Shown here piece by piece: positions 43,487-43,705 of a stretch of 43,705 nt of DNA. Within the stretch, counting starts at the first letter, position 1. The number at the start of each line of letters is the position of its first letter. The notes under the pieces are model-generated. The model worked only from the letters and a program-made list of their open reading frames with translations, was not told the origin of the DNA and did no database searches. Source of the DNA: Treponema sp. (GTDB taxonomy: Bacteria; Spirochaetota; Spirochaetia; Treponematales; Breznakiellaceae); contig JAITNU010000033.1 in the NCBI GenBank assembly GCA_031290325.1, positions 1-43,705 of the forward strand, given 5' to 3'. A program made the position numbers and the translations under genes.

Positions 43487-43705
43487 AACTGGAGAGCGGA
43501 TTTGAACCGATGCTCACGCAGGTGGAAGAAACCAGAGCTGACGGGCAATGAAGAAACGAACAGCTATAATTGTCCTGAGGGGAAGGAGTTAAGCTATAAA
43601 GGAGCGTTAAAGCTCAACCGAAACCGTGGAAAAAAATATCAGGCAAAGAGCAGTGATTGCAAGGGATGTCCGAGTCGAGAAAAATGTATTGCGTCACGAG
43701 GAGGC
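43487..43705 (+). mobile_element. 5'-truncated IS1182/IS5-like transposase fragment running off the window
   Basis: The frame open from 43487 encodes ...NSYNCPEGKELSYKGALKLNRNRGKKYQAKSSDCKGCPSREKCIASRGG. This is the CPxG...CxGCPxRxKC motif I associate with IS1182-type transposases. There is no in-frame ATG, and the neighbouring frame is interrupted by a stop. Confidence 0.4.

Noticed and set aside
43497-43518. Minus-strand GGTTCAAATCC, a tRNA T-loop-like sequence that could indicate a tRNA or an att site
   Set aside because: The T-stem pairs at only 4 of 5 positions. No complementary acceptor stem or anticodon arm could be found within 80 nt. The segment reads better as part of the decayed transposase frame.

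Overview
Spirochaete-type (Treponema-like) chromosomal window with about 40 protein-coding genes. I saw no rRNA, tRNA or CRISPR array. From left to right: (1) A lipoprotein gene, an XRE regulator, a PHP phosphoesterase and a TatD-family hydrolase. (2) A long minus-strand flagellar filament block: flaB, flaB, fliD, then two uncharacterised ORFs followed by tsaE-tsaB. An 810-aa membrane-anchored coiled-coil repeat protein lies upstream of this block. (3) A secreted 5'-nucleotidase and a ChvE/GguAB-like sugar ABC transporter. (4) A TPR lipoprotein with near-identical 102-bp tandem repeats. (5) A tightly coupled operon encoding a fused IorA-IorB indolepyruvate:ferredoxin oxidoreductase, PaaK and a DUF3842 protein. 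(6) A clearly AT-rich islet at about 23.07-25.44 kb. It holds a phage-like XRE switch, two tiny ORFs (one missing from the ORF track), a hybrid LpoB-like/beta-barrel outer-membrane protein and an inverted-repeat scar. (7) A NusG-paralog-led two-enzyme amino-sugar operon (CapD/PglF-type dehydratase plus DegT aminotransferase). (8) An RlpA/SPOR-like protein. (9) An 11-gene carbohydrate locus: ABC importer, FGGY kinase, split transketolase, Zn-dehydrogenase, two class II aldolase/epimerase paralogs, SorC regulator and 2-hydroxyacid dehydrogenase. Its substrate cannot be assigned from sequence. (10) A possibly frameshifted small lipoprotein gene and a 5'-truncated transposase fragment at the right edge. 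The best candidates for something new are the carbohydrate locus, the AT-rich XRE/OMP islet, the NusG-paralog operon, the iorAB-paaK-DUF3842 operon, and a consensus sigma-28/sigma-D promoter that points away from flaB. All functional calls come from reading motifs by eye. No database search was run.
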